A DNA stretch of 49,136 nt from assembly GCA_905234635.1 (NCBI GenBank), contig CAJOJB010000013.1, positions 1 through 49,136 of the forward strand. The letters are read 5' to 3'. The stretch comes from an uncultured Eggerthellaceae bacterium (GTDB lineage: Bacteria; Actinomycetota; Coriobacteriia; Coriobacteriales; Eggerthellaceae). Positions 40,453 to 48,905 of the stretch are shown piece by piece. Both the position numbers and the translations under genes were made by a program. How positions within the stretch are numbered: position 1 is the stretch's first letter; each line of letters opens with the position of its first letter. The notes under the pieces were generated by a model, which had not been told where the DNA came from, searched no databases, and saw only the letters and a list, made by a program, of their open reading frames with translations.

Positions 40453-40970
40453 TTTCGGCGAGCCCACGCGCGATGGGCAAGTGCGCTCGGGTTTCGAAAG
40501 CCCTGGTAACGCATATGACCAGCGCATTTCCTGGCGACGAGGTGGACTACTTGCGTCTTCCCGACTTGAATATTCATCACTGCACAGGCTGCGACGTATG
40601 CAAAAGCACACAGGAATGTTGTATCGAAGACGATATGACGCAGGTTCTGGCGGCCGTGACCTGCGCGGATGAGATCTATATCGTGGCGCCAGTTTACTTT
40701 ACGGGCCCTTCGGCGAACTATAAGGCCATGCTTGACCGATTCCAGCCCTACTATTGGACCGACACACGCAAGGGGCCAAGACGTTCAGTGCACTTAATTG
40801 CCTTTGGTGAAGGCGGCGACCCCTACGGGTACGACGCGCTTCCTCTTTGCACGCGGTCGGCTTTTGATGTGGTAGGTTTCGATCTGAGTTCCCTAAATGC
40901 TTATATTGGCATTGATGCGAACGAAGCTGCCAAAAAGGTTGTGGCCGATTTGTTTGGGACCGAAGATTAA
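40434..40970 (+). CDS. flavodoxin-like fold NAD(P)H-dependent FMN reductase / iron-sulfur flavoprotein-like
   Basis: LVISASPR..., HHCTGCDVC.. and IVAPVYFTGPSANYKAMLDR are typical of the FMN_red / iron-sulfur flavoprotein family. GGGAGG SD. Confidence 0.7.
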   Translation: MAKRLVISASPRAMGKCARVSKALVTHMTSAFPGDEVDYLRLPDLNIHHCTGCDVCKSTQECCIEDDMTQVLAAVTCADEIYIVAPVYFTGPSANYKAMLDRFQPYYWTDTRKGPRRSVHLIAFGEGGDPYGYDALPLCTRSAFDVVGFDLSSLNAYIGIDANEAAKKVVADLFGTED

Positions 40971-40973
40971 GTG

Positions 40974-42071
40974 ATGTATTCGTCGCTTGCTACACCTTCT
41001 GCTACGCGAGCCGTGCTGGAAGCGCATGGCCTTTCGACCAAGAAAAGCTTAGGTCAGCATTTCCTGGCAAACGACGCCATCGTGGGCAAGATTTTGGATT
41101 TGGCAGACATTCAACCAGGCGACAAGGTGCTGGAAGTGGGGCCTGGGATTGGTACGCTTACCGTGGCACTGCTGGCTGCTGGTGCGAATGTGCTTGCCAT
41201 TGAGCGTGACCCTGCACTACCTGCCGTGTTGGCAGAAACGTGCGCGGAATGGGCCGATCAGCTGACGGTACTTTCGATGGATGCTCTGGATGCACCTGAC
41301 AAGGGGACAGGTCATTTGTCATATTTTGCTCCGACACAACCTGACAAGGGGACAGGTCATTTGTCATATTTTGCTCCGACAAAGTTTGTAGCAAACCTGC
41401 CTTATGCGGTGGCTGCTACGCTCGTGCTGGATTATTTCGAGCGCTTTCCTTCGCTTGAGCAGGCAACCGTCATGGTGCAGGCCGAAGTGGCGGACCGCAT
41501 GATGGCGCAACCTGGCAGCAAGGACTACGGCGCCTATACGGTAAAGCTGGGGCTGTATGCGCAGCCTGTGGGTCGCTTCAAGGTGGGGCCTGGCAATTTC
41601 TTCCCGCCACCACGTGTGGATTCCGCCGTCATCCGTCTGAATAGGGTAGGGACACCGTCAAGTTCGAACAATGATACCGATACTTTTTCCGGCATCGCCG
41701 CTCAGGTTTCTTCGGACATGCAGGATATCAACGCGCTACTGGCGTCCCTTACGCCTGAAGAGTGTGCCGCCGCCGCAACCATGGCAGATGCTGCATTCGC
41801 CAACCGTCGCAAAACACTGGCAAATTCTTGCAAGACTTACTTCTCGGGTATCCAACAACTCCCATTTGTAGGGCAGGACTCCTTAGATTCCGTCGCCCCT
41901 ACAGCCCTTGAACAATGCCCGCCTCTCACGGGCGTTCAGATTGTTGAAGCCCTGCCTGCCATATTCGAAGCTGCTGGCATCGACCCTTCGGCCCGCGGTG
42001 AAACACTTGCTCTCACTAATTTCATCACCCTCGGCAAGGAACTTCTAAAACTCTATTCTTGCATTACGTAA
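40974..42071 (+). CDS. rsmA: 16S rRNA (adenine1518/1519-N6)-dimethyltransferase with internal duplication and long C-terminal extension
   Basis: KKSLGQHFL, VLEVGPGIGTLT and FVANLPYAVA motifs. Confidence 0.9.
   Translation: MYSSLATPSATRAVLEAHGLSTKKSLGQHFLANDAIVGKILDLADIQPGDKVLEVGPGIGTLTVALLAAGANVLAIERDPALPAVLAETCAEWADQLTVLSMDALDAPDKGTGHLSYFAPTQPDKGTGHLSYFAPTKFVANLPYAVAATLVLDYFERFPSLEQATVMVQAEVADRMMAQPGSKDYGAYTVKLGLYAQPVGRFKVGPGNFFPPPRVDSAVIRLNRVGTPSSSNNDTDTFSGIAAQVSSDMQDINALLASLTPEECAAAATMADAAFANRRKTLANSCKTYFSGIQQLPFVGQDSLDSVAPTALEQCPPLTGVQIVEALPAIFEAAGIDPSARGETLALTNFITLGKELLKLYSCIT
41295..41384 (+). repeat. 45-bp in-frame tandem duplication inside rsmA
   Basis: cctgacaaggggacaggtcatttgtcatattttgctccgaca occurs twice back to back (41295-41339 and 41340-41384), encoding PDKGTGHLSYFAPT(Q/K) twice. 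Confidence 0.9.
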
Positions 42072-42108
42072 TGCATAATGATACTATCGCTTCAAGAGGT
42101 GATATAAA

Positions 42109-42411
42109 ATGCCTGTTGAAGCAACCATTAATGCACGAATGCCCGACTCTCTTAAACGCGGTGGAACGCGCGTTTTAGTTCGGAATGGGGTGAGCCCCAC
42201 GCAGCTTATTCGCAGTCTCTATTCCTATATGGACCGCGAGGATCGAATCCCGGAGTGTCTCGAACAAGAAATGGCGCAATCTCAGGACAAGTACGAACGT
42301 CGACGTGCGCTTGTGCGTAGTGTTGCAGGGGTGGTTTCTCTTCCCGAAGGCTTCAATGTAAAGAAGGCTCGCGACGAACGTATCGAAGAAAAATATGGGT
42401 ACCTGTTATGA
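42109..42411 (+). CDS. type II antitoxin, RelB/DinJ-like ribbon-helix-helix
   Basis: MPVEATINARMPDSLKRGGTRVLVRNGVSPTQLIRSLYSYM fits a DinJ-like N-terminus. It overlaps the downstream PIN gene (ATGA). Confidence 0.65.
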   Translation: MPVEATINARMPDSLKRGGTRVLVRNGVSPTQLIRSLYSYMDREDRIPECLEQEMAQSQDKYERRRALVRSVAGVVSLPEGFNVKKARDERIEEKYGYLL

Positions 42412-42863
42412 AGGTCTGCTTCGATGTAAACACCCTTATTTATCTGTTTGCGGGCGCACCTGAGCAAGCGGATGTATTTTTCGCGTATGACGTCACAAAT
42501 ATCCGCAAGTTTGATGCGTGCATTCCCGCTTGTGCTTTGCCAACCATTCATTACATTATGAGGAGGGGTGGCTTAAAGGGCGAAGAGCTTGACGGCATTA
42601 TGCAAAACGTTTTCGAGATGTTCGACGTCTTTGATGTAATCGAACAAGATGGCAAGAACGCCCTTCAAAACAATATGAACGATTACGAGGATGCGCTTAT
42701 CGCCGAAAGTGCCGCCCGAAATGGCGTGGACCTTATCCTTACATACAACGAAAAAGACTTTATAGACTCACCTGTTAAGGCCATGCTTCCCGCGCAGTTT
42801 ATTGAAGCATTTAAACCTGCCAGTGTTGAATACGCAGGAATGAACCAAGGGCAAAGCCGGTAA
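42408..42863 (+). CDS. PIN-domain toxin (VapC-like ribonuclease)
   Basis: FDVNTLIY (first acidic residue), ...DYEDALIAESAARNGVDLILTYNEKDF (conserved D/E and TxN/D). Confidence 0.8.
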   Translation: MKVCFDVNTLIYLFAGAPEQADVFFAYDVTNIRKFDACIPACALPTIHYIMRRGGLKGEELDGIMQNVFEMFDVFDVIEQDGKNALQNNMNDYEDALIAESAARNGVDLILTYNEKDFIDSPVKAMLPAQFIEAFKPASVEYAGMNQGQSR

Positions 42864-43171
42864 GCTTGCTCTTTTCTTCACAATCCCTATTGAACAATCC
42901 ATCCCGGCCATCTACCACTATTACTTCTGGTTGATTGACCTGCATTGCTTTTCCTTCTAAGCGCGGCGATATCATTAATGCGAAAGTTATTGCTATTAAG
43001 GATGATACTGGCGCACTTGTGCTTTCGATGAAGCAGTGTAAATAGTGAATACTTTTTTCTATGGGCTGGAATGAGATTCTGTTTTGCTTGGAATGCTTCA
43101 TTACGCATCCACCATGGTAGAGTATTGCAAAAGGTTTTATCTATAGTGTTATCGCAGGAAGAGGTGTTGTT

Positions 43172-43639
43172 ATGGACAGGGAAGAACTTATAACTATTGC
43201 AAGCGACACGGCAAGCGAGCTCGACAGTGCGGTTTCAGAAATCGAAGATGCGGTCTATCAGTTAGAGTCGATTGAATCTGAAATAGATACACTAGAAGAA
43301 GATGATGATAGCCCAGAAGTAGTTGGGGAAGCATACTCTATCTTCAGCAGTGCAGCTCTTGGTCTTGAAAGTGCAGTAGCGACAATCGAAAGTGCTATCG
43401 ATTCCCTTTATATTCCCGGGGAGGCTATACCTTCATCCGAAGAAGATAGCAAAAGGGCAGCTAAGCGTACAGTTAATCCAGTATGGCGTCATATGATCAA
43501 TACTAATCTTCGAATGAGCGCACTTGATGTTGAGTTGGGGGACTGCGATTCTGCTCTGAAATCAATTGAAGACGCTCGTAAACTGCTTGACCGCATTTCT
43601 GAAGAGGTCCGTGCAATAGCTGCTCAAAAACAGTCATAG
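43172..43639 (+). CDS. hypothetical acidic helical protein with three internal SA(V/L)xxIE(D/S)A motifs
   Basis: GAAGAGG SD. The motif recurs as LDSAVSEIEDAV, LESAVATIESAI and CDSALKSIEDAR. I recognise no family. Confidence 0.5.
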   Translation: MDREELITIASDTASELDSAVSEIEDAVYQLESIESEIDTLEEDDDSPEVVGEAYSIFSSAALGLESAVATIESAIDSLYIPGEAIPSSEEDSKRAAKRTVNPVWRHMINTNLRMSALDVELGDCDSALKSIEDARKLLDRISEEVRAIAAQKQS

Positions 43640-43763
43640 GTAGGGTTTAAAAAACGACGTTGCAGATATCCTGCTCAGATTCAAGAGTTTAACAAGTCAG
43701 ATTCCTTGAGATAATTAGTTGTTAATTACCTCAAGTGGTTCCCGAACTGCCCTACCTATATAC

Positions 43764-43832
43764 TTTGGTAAAGTCTACTTACAAATTTTGGTTTACTCTA
43801 CTTACAAATTCTGGTAAAGTCTACTTACTAAT
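43764..43832 (+). repeat. three direct 23-nt repeats (iteron-like) immediately upstream of the ATPase gene
   Basis: tttggtaaagtctacttacaaat, tttggtttactctacttacaaat and tctggtaaagtctacttactaat, then a partial tttggttt. Confidence 0.85.
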
Positions 43833-43853
43833 TTTGGTTTTTTTGGGGGTTGT

Positions 43854-45110
43854 ATGATTCAGCGCGAATTGGAAGCCTGGTTACGCAATCTTGCTGGGTG
43901 GTTTCCTATTGTATCGGTAACAGGGCCGCGCCAAAGTGGTAAGTCTACATTGGTCCAAGCTGCTTTTTCAGAATATGACTGTATCAATTTGGAAGACCCA
44001 GCAACGCGCGAGCGTGCAGTGGCTGATCCGTCGGGGTTTGTTGCTCATTTATCAAATCAGACCATAATAGATGAAGCCCAGTATGTTCCGAACTTGTTTC
44101 CAGCGCTTCAAGCTAAAGCAGATCAAGAGAAAAAGAAGGGGCAATTCATTCTTACTGGATCACAGAATTATCTTCTGTCATCCTCCATCAAAGAATCTCT
44201 TGCAGGGCGGGTAGGTATTGCTCGTCTTTTGCCCCTTTCATATTTGGAGATAAAAAGCGCGTACAGCGATATTTTGTTTGAACAGGTAATGCTGCAGGGT
44301 TCCTATCCTGGTCTATATGCAGACAATATTCCTGTAAACATTTTTTATTCCAATTATATTGACACCTATATTACGCGCGATGTGGTAGGGCTCCTTGACG
44401 TTCGCAAAGAATCACAATTTCGAGCATTCCTGAAAGCCTGCGCGGCGCGTGTTGGTAATCTCGTGAACTATTCAGACCTATCTCGCGATGTTGGAATTGC
44501 ATTGCCGACTGTAAAAGATTGGCTTTCAATTCTCGAAGCGAGTTATGTAGTCAAGCAGTTGCCTGCGTATTCGCGTAATATTTCAAAACGTGTTGCGAAG
44601 TCTCCAAAATTGTTTTTCTACGACACTGGGCTTCTGTGTTATCTGCTTGAACTCACAAATGTTAAAAGTCTCTATTCCAGCCCTTATTACGGTGCCGTGT
44701 TTGAAAACTACATTATTTCAGAACAGTTCAAGAATCGTTTCAATAGCTTGCTGGTCCCTGATATCTATTTCTATCGCGATGACAGCAAAATCGAGGTGGA
44801 CATGATTGATGTGACCGAAGCAAAAGAAGCAATAATATGCGAGATCAAGTCAAGTCAAACTTTCAGCCAATCCTTTGTACGTAATGTTAATAGAGTCGTA
44901 AATGTATCTGGACTAACCGAGGTGCTCCCTGCTGTTGTGTATGGGGGGGAGGGTACTTTCGAATGCAATGATGTTTATATTTATGGCATCAATGAGTGGC
45001 TGTTAAAAAGGCATGATAAAGAATTGAGCGGTATGTCGTTTACGATTGATGGTCGAAGGTATCGCTGCGAATGGGCTATTACCGACCGTGATAGATACAA
45101 GAAGGCATAG
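43854..45110 (+). CDS. AAA-family ATP-binding protein (AAA_14 N-terminal domain plus DUF4143-type C-terminal domain)
   Basis: Walker A GPRQSGKST and Walker B-like IIDEAQ. The C-terminal EVDMID...EIKSS has restriction-endonuclease-like D..E.K spacing typical of DUF4143 proteins. Confidence 0.85.
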   Translation: MIQRELEAWLRNLAGWFPIVSVTGPRQSGKSTLVQAAFSEYDCINLEDPATRERAVADPSGFVAHLSNQTIIDEAQYVPNLFPALQAKADQEKKKGQFILTGSQNYLLSSSIKESLAGRVGIARLLPLSYLEIKSAYSDILFEQVMLQGSYPGLYADNIPVNIFYSNYIDTYITRDVVGLLDVRKESQFRAFLKACAARVGNLVNYSDLSRDVGIALPTVKDWLSILEASYVVKQLPAYSRNISKRVAKSPKLFFYDTGLLCYLLELTNVKSLYSSPYYGAVFENYIISEQFKNRFNSLLVPDIYFYRDDSKIEVDMIDVTEAKEAIICEIKSSQTFSQSFVRNVNRVVNVSGLTEVLPAVVYGGEGTFECNDVYIYGINEWLLKRHDKELSGMSFTIDGRRYRCEWAITDRDRYKKA

Positions 45111-45226
45111 TTGTCATCAAAGCCTATGCTGTTTTGGCATGTGGTGCAGCATCTAGAAATCCCGTTATATTAAGATGGGCGTGTGTAGCCACACATTGCC
45201 GTCTTCCCCTTGAGCATAATACAGTA

Positions 45227-45248
45227 TACTATCACTAAAGTGATAGTA
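45227..45248. promoter_or_regulatory. perfect 9-4-9 palindrome TACTATCAC-taaa-GTGATAGTA abutting the SD of the DUF3990-like gene
   Basis: Lies between a CATAAT (45215-45220) and AAGGAG (45248-45253). Confidence 0.5.
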
Positions 45249-45257
45249 AGGAGCGTT

Positions 45258-45938
45258 ATGCTTTCTGCGGCAGAATTCTTTGGGAAAGATAAAATAACGA
45301 TTTTTCATGGGTCACCAGTTGAGGTGCGTGTGCCAACCTATGGCGTGGGCAACCCGCGTAACGACTATGGGTTGGCCTTCTATTGCACCGAACTTAAGGA
45401 ACTTGCCTGCGAGTGGGCATGTCCAACTGAATCAGACGGCATAGTTAACGAGTACGAGCTGGACTGCACGGATCTGAAGCTGCTTAACCTGAACAGTGAT
45501 GAATTTTCGGTCCTGAACTGGCTTGCCGTTCTGGTGAAAAACCGTCCATTGGGGCAGCGCCACCAAATTACGAATGAAATGCAAAAGTGTTTGATAGAGC
45601 AATACAGTGTCAATCTTAATAAAGCCGATATTGTTTACGGGTATCGCGCAGACGATTCGTATTTTTCTTTTGCTCGTGCATTTTTGAATAACACTATTTC
45701 GCTTGAATCGCTTGAACAGGCCCTTTTCTTTGGCGGGCTTGGTTTCCAGGTCGCCCTGCGCAGCAAGAAGGCCTTCAAGCATATTCGTTATGTAGGTTCC
45801 GAAGCGGTTCCAGGCGCGCTCTGGAACCCGCGCCGAATGGAGCGCGACAGCCTCGCGCGTGCGGCCTTCGAGCGCATCCAGCGTGAACAGGGCCTGGGCG
45901 GGACTCGCGCAATCGACATTATCGGAAAGGGTGAATAA
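45258..45938 (+). CDS. DUF3990-like protein
   Basis: ITIFHGSPVEVRVPTYGVGNPRNDYGLAFYCTELKELACEWA matches my memory of the DUF3990 N-terminal signature. AAGGAG lies 4 nt before the ATG at 45258. Confidence 0.7.
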   Translation: MLSAAEFFGKDKITIFHGSPVEVRVPTYGVGNPRNDYGLAFYCTELKELACEWACPTESDGIVNEYELDCTDLKLLNLNSDEFSVLNWLAVLVKNRPLGQRHQITNEMQKCLIEQYSVNLNKADIVYGYRADDSYFSFARAFLNNTISLESLEQALFFGGLGFQVALRSKKAFKHIRYVGSEAVPGALWNPRRMERDSLARAAFERIQREQGLGGTRAIDIIGKGE

Positions 45939-45940
45939 GC

Positions 45941-46603
45941 ATGCCTCAGGTCGAGTACTATTTTATTTCCCTCAAGGACGATGCCTGTTTCTTCGATGCG
46001 CAGGAAAACCTGGCTTCTGTTTTCGAAATTGGTGTGAACGCATGCGGCCTCGATGGGCAGCGTGTTGCAGACGCTTTTGTGGCGTCGGGTCTTGCGCATG
46101 AATTTGAGCGCAGGAACCCCGTGTTCACGGCGGGGAAGTCTGCCGTCGACTTGCTGGACTATATGGCGCCGTATTTGGGTATTCAGGTACCCGTGCCCGA
46201 ACCAGAATTCGTGTATCCCGGCATGGACTATTGGGTGGGCTGGGCGCTCGTGCACTTCCAGTACGAAACGGGCTGCCCCTACAAGCGTGTGTTCGAAGTG
46301 GTGCCCTATCAGGAGCTCCAAGGCATGTATTATCCGCTGCATGAAGCACACGAATCCAAATTTGTGGACGTACTCCTGAAGCGCATGGCAGACGCACGCA
46401 AGACCACACGGTTGCGCATTCAGCGCGACATCGTGGGGCTTTCGCAGGCAGAACTTGCGCAACGTTCTGGCGTGAAATTGCGCTCTATTCAGATGTACGA
46501 GCAGCGCAATAAGAACATCAACCATGCGTCTGCTGAAACCTTGTACCGCTTGGCGCATGCGCTTCACTGTCCCATGCAAGAACTCCTTGAGTTTGCGGGC
46601 TAG
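45941..46603 (+). CDS. protein with unknown N-terminal domain and C-terminal XRE-family helix-turn-helix
   Basis: LRIQRDIVGLSQAELAQRSGVKLRSIQMYEQRNKNINHASAETLYRLAHAL is an XRE-type HTH. It starts 2 nt after the stop of the preceding gene. Confidence 0.75.
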   Translation: MPQVEYYFISLKDDACFFDAQENLASVFEIGVNACGLDGQRVADAFVASGLAHEFERRNPVFTAGKSAVDLLDYMAPYLGIQVPVPEPEFVYPGMDYWVGWALVHFQYETGCPYKRVFEVVPYQELQGMYYPLHEAHESKFVDVLLKRMADARKTTRLRIQRDIVGLSQAELAQRSGVKLRSIQMYEQRNKNINHASAETLYRLAHALHCPMQELLEFAG

Positions 46604-46621
46604 GGCAAAGCGATTGCAGTG

Positions 46622-46650
46622 TTGAATAAATACTTAGTATTTGCTAATAT
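46622..46650 (+). promoter_or_regulatory. sigma70-like promoter for hicAB with a palindrome in the spacer
   Basis: TTGAAT, a 17-nt spacer, then TAATAT. The spacer contains AAATACT-t-AGTATTT (7-1-7). Confidence 0.5.
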
Positions 46651-46662
46651 TTTAGGAGAGCC

Positions 46663-46836
46663 ATGACTAAACGAAGGGATTTAGTAAAAGAACTTATCAG
46701 TGCAGGCTTCATAAGTGACGGCGGTACCAACCATGAGCATTTCGTAAAAGACGGGAAAATGGTAAATGTTCCCAGACATCGTGAAATACCAGATCAAACG
46801 GCAAAACGCATACTTAGGCAAGCGGGTTTGCGCTAG
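46663..46836 (+). CDS. hicA: HicA family toxin (mRNA interferase), 57 aa, below ORF-track cutoff
   Basis: MTKRRDLVKELISAGFISDGGTNHEHFVKDGKMVNVPRHREIPDQTAKRILRQAGLR fits the HicA pattern (...H..f......vP+H.ei...l...Il+qaGl). AGGAGAG SD. Confidence 0.8.
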   Translation: MTKRRDLVKELISAGFISDGGTNHEHFVKDGKMVNVPRHREIPDQTAKRILRQAGLR

Positions 46837-46853
46837 ATAAAAGGAGTAGAACT

Positions 46854-47312
46854 TTGATTTACATACATGAATTTGAGTTTTTTGAAGAGGAGGGTATGGT
46901 TTCTGCCGTCCCATTTGGGCTGGAGGGAGCAACAGCTGGCGCTGATTTGGATGACGCTGTATTTATGGCCACAGATTGGCTCAGGAGCACCGTTGAATAC
47001 CAACTCATTCGTGGGGAAAAGCCCGAAAGTAGCTCCTTTGGCAATAAGCCAAAACACGGGGGGCAGGTTATCGCTATCTCAGTGGATTGTGACCTTGATC
47101 GCGTTAATGCTGTCACAGCCGCAGACGCTGCACGAATACTTGGCGTGTCCAGCGCGCGTGTTGCGCAAATGTGCGAAACGGGGCAACTGACTTCTTGGAG
47201 GGATGGCACTCGCCGTATGGTATTGCGCGACAGCGTAAATGCACGCCTTGCCGAGCAGCCAAAGCCTGGCCGTCCACGCAAAGATTCTGTCTTGGATTAC
47301 CAGGAGGCTTAG
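46854..47312 (+). CDS. hicB: HicB-like antitoxin with C-terminal excisionase/MerR-type HTH
   Basis: The N-terminus IYIHEFEFFEEEGMVSAVPFGLEG...DLDDAVFMATDWL is HicB-like. The C-terminus AADAARILGVSSARVAQMCETGQL is an HTH. TTG start after AAAGGAG. Confidence 0.7.
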   Translation: MIYIHEFEFFEEEGMVSAVPFGLEGATAGADLDDAVFMATDWLRSTVEYQLIRGEKPESSSFGNKPKHGGQVIAISVDCDLDRVNAVTAADAARILGVSSARVAQMCETGQLTSWRDGTRRMVLRDSVNARLAEQPKPGRPRKDSVLDYQEA

Positions 47313-47440
47313 TCTTTTTCTAATCCTACGCCGTTTTGGTGGGCGGTACAGCCAATAAGGAAATAACCCTTGCCTTCAAAGAAGATGCACTCGATGACAA
47401 TTGTCCGCATTGTTCAGTCTTGAAGCATGAATACTAAAGG

Positions 47441-47593
47441 TCATTTGTTTCTATTTATGTACTCACGCGTTGCTGACCCAAGCCAAAAACCTACGATGAA
47501 CAGGACAATTCCAACAATGATTATTCCCACGTCCTTAGTTGAAAAGCCATAAAATACGAGAATCGCCCCAATTATTTTCAAAACCGCGCTCAT
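47441..47593 (-). CDS. possible 50-aa two-TM membrane peptide (below ORF-track cutoff)
   Basis: MSAVLKIIGAILVFYGFSTKDVGIIIVGIVLFIVGFWLGSATREYINRNK. No clear SD. Confidence 0.3.
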   Translation of the reverse strand: MSAVLKIIGAILVFYGFSTKDVGIIIVGIVLFIVGFWLGSATREYINRNK

Positions 47594-47624
47594 ATGCAAC
47601 CATCTCTCTATTGTGTACCGATTG

Positions 47625-47915
47625 TTAGCATTTCCAATAAAGCATTAGCATGCCAGATTCCAGAACTCCCATGCTTCCATCAATTTCTATAAGCGCTTGA
47701 GCTACGGATCCATTCCCAGCCATGTTGTAAATCAAAAATGAATCGCCAGTGAAAGACCAGGTAAAGCTGCGATGTCTTCCAAAAAGGGTGCGTGAATCCA
47801 TTTTCCCAGTACCGTCACTGTAGAACGTAAGCTTCTGTCGATCATATTCTTGGTAACCCGCTGCAGTTGCAACCGCTTTGCTTTGCCATGATCCAAGGAT
47901 ATCGTCTTTTTTCAT
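47625..47915 (-). CDS. hypothetical small protein (beta-rich, lipocalin-like feel)
   Basis: 96-aa ORF in the same orientation as its neighbours. DILGSW...TFYSDGTG...SFTWSFTGDSF pattern. Confidence 0.45.
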   Translation of the reverse strand: MKKDDILGSWQSKAVATAAGYQEYDRQKLTFYSDGTGKMDSRTLFGRHRSFTWSFTGDSFLIYNMAGNGSVAQALIEIDGSMGVLESGMLMLYWKC

Positions 47916-47970
47916 ATGTGTGTTTCACCATCCAATCTCTTTCGGTTTTCCTGACGAGGCGGCGTTAAGG

Positions 47971-48420
47971 CTATAGGTATATATTGATAATATTTGCTGA
48001 AAGCGCGAGAATATACCTTACTTCGTTGCCGTAATGGTTCCTTTCAACATAGTTCTTGTAATTTGGAAAGGTCATGCCAATAGCTTGAGCTGACATTTTG
48101 GCGTTAGAAGTATTGCCCCCCGACCTGGCTGGATCATACATAGGGTTTTCAAGATACTCGCCAATTGCAAATGCGTATGCAACTGCAAGAGGTATTAGTA
48201 AGTTACTTTCCTCAAGAGTTTTCCAGTAAATAGTTTTAGTGCGAGGATTGAGGCAACCGCCATAATTAGCTTGCATATCGAACGCACGTTGTGCCGTAGC
48301 TTTAGATGAGTCGGAACCAGTATATGTGCCGTAGCGCTCGATACTATTGATCATGTGTTGCACTGCAGGATTGCTACGGAATTGTTCTTCGCTACTTTTG
48401 CGATTAAAAAATATTCCCAT
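47971..48420 (-). CDS. hypothetical protein
   Basis: A start at MGIFFNRK (AAAGGAA upstream) leaves a 4-nt gap to the upstream lipoprotein gene. I recognise no family. Confidence 0.45.
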   Translation of the reverse strand: MGIFFNRKSSEEQFRSNPAVQHMINSIERYGTYTGSDSSKATAQRAFDMQANYGGCLNPRTKTIYWKTLEESNLLIPLAVAYAFAIGEYLENPMYDPARSGGNTSNAKMSAQAIGMTFPNYKNYVERNHYGNEVRYILALSANIINIYL

Positions 48421-48424
48421 TCTG

Positions 48425-48856
48425 TTATTTCCTTTCAGGGACATCGATGTCACGAGGGTCAACCGGTACTCCGGAAACCCCGTCAATAGTCATGCCATAT
48501 TTCTGGCTGAATTTTTTAGCAGCAACGTTGTAGCGGCTCGCAGCATCGTTGTATTGGTCGACATAGTAGTTGTATTCGTCAACTTGTTCCTGAGTAGTAA
48601 AAGCGTCCGTATTGCCCATTGACTTCATACTGTCATCCCAGTGAATCGCTTCGCTTAGTATTTGCTCTAGTTCGCTAACATCGCTGTTGTATTCGGCGAT
48701 AGAGTAGCCGTTGACAGTTTCCTGGGGTTTAGCACCGCTTCCGCTATTGCTACCAGAAGAACTTGAACAACCAAAAAGAAACAGGCAGGTCAATAAAGCA
48801 AGGATAACGGTTGTTACGATATTGAAGAAACGCACTCTGGCTTTAATCGTTGTCAT
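48425..48856 (-). CDS. putative lipoprotein
   Basis: Signal peptide plus lipobox LFGC followed by a Ser/Gly linker. AAGGAAGG SD. Confidence 0.65.
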   Translation of the reverse strand: MTTIKARVRFFNIVTTVILALLTCLFLFGCSSSSGSNSGSGAKPQETVNGYSIAEYNSDVSELEQILSEAIHWDDSMKSMGNTDAFTTQEQVDEYNYYVDQYNDAASRYNVAAKKFSQKYGMTIDGVSGVPVDPRDIDVPERK

Positions 48857-48905
48857 AGTTACCTTCCTTTCGTCGGGTGGTTTATTTGCAGTGTGAACGT
48901 GTTTA

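Noticed and set aside
42864-43171. Minus-strand ORFs 42811-43101 and 42887-43108 between the PIN gene and the acidic protein gene; possible gene remnant.
   Set aside because: The two overlapping frames have no recognisable motifs, no SD, and overlap the PIN gene end. This may be a decayed fragment, but I cannot support a call.
47309-47410. 33-aa minus-strand ORF MRTIVIECIFFEGKGYFLIGCTAHQNGVGLEKD overlapping the hicB stop.
   Set aside because: It is very short, has no SD and no recognisable family.
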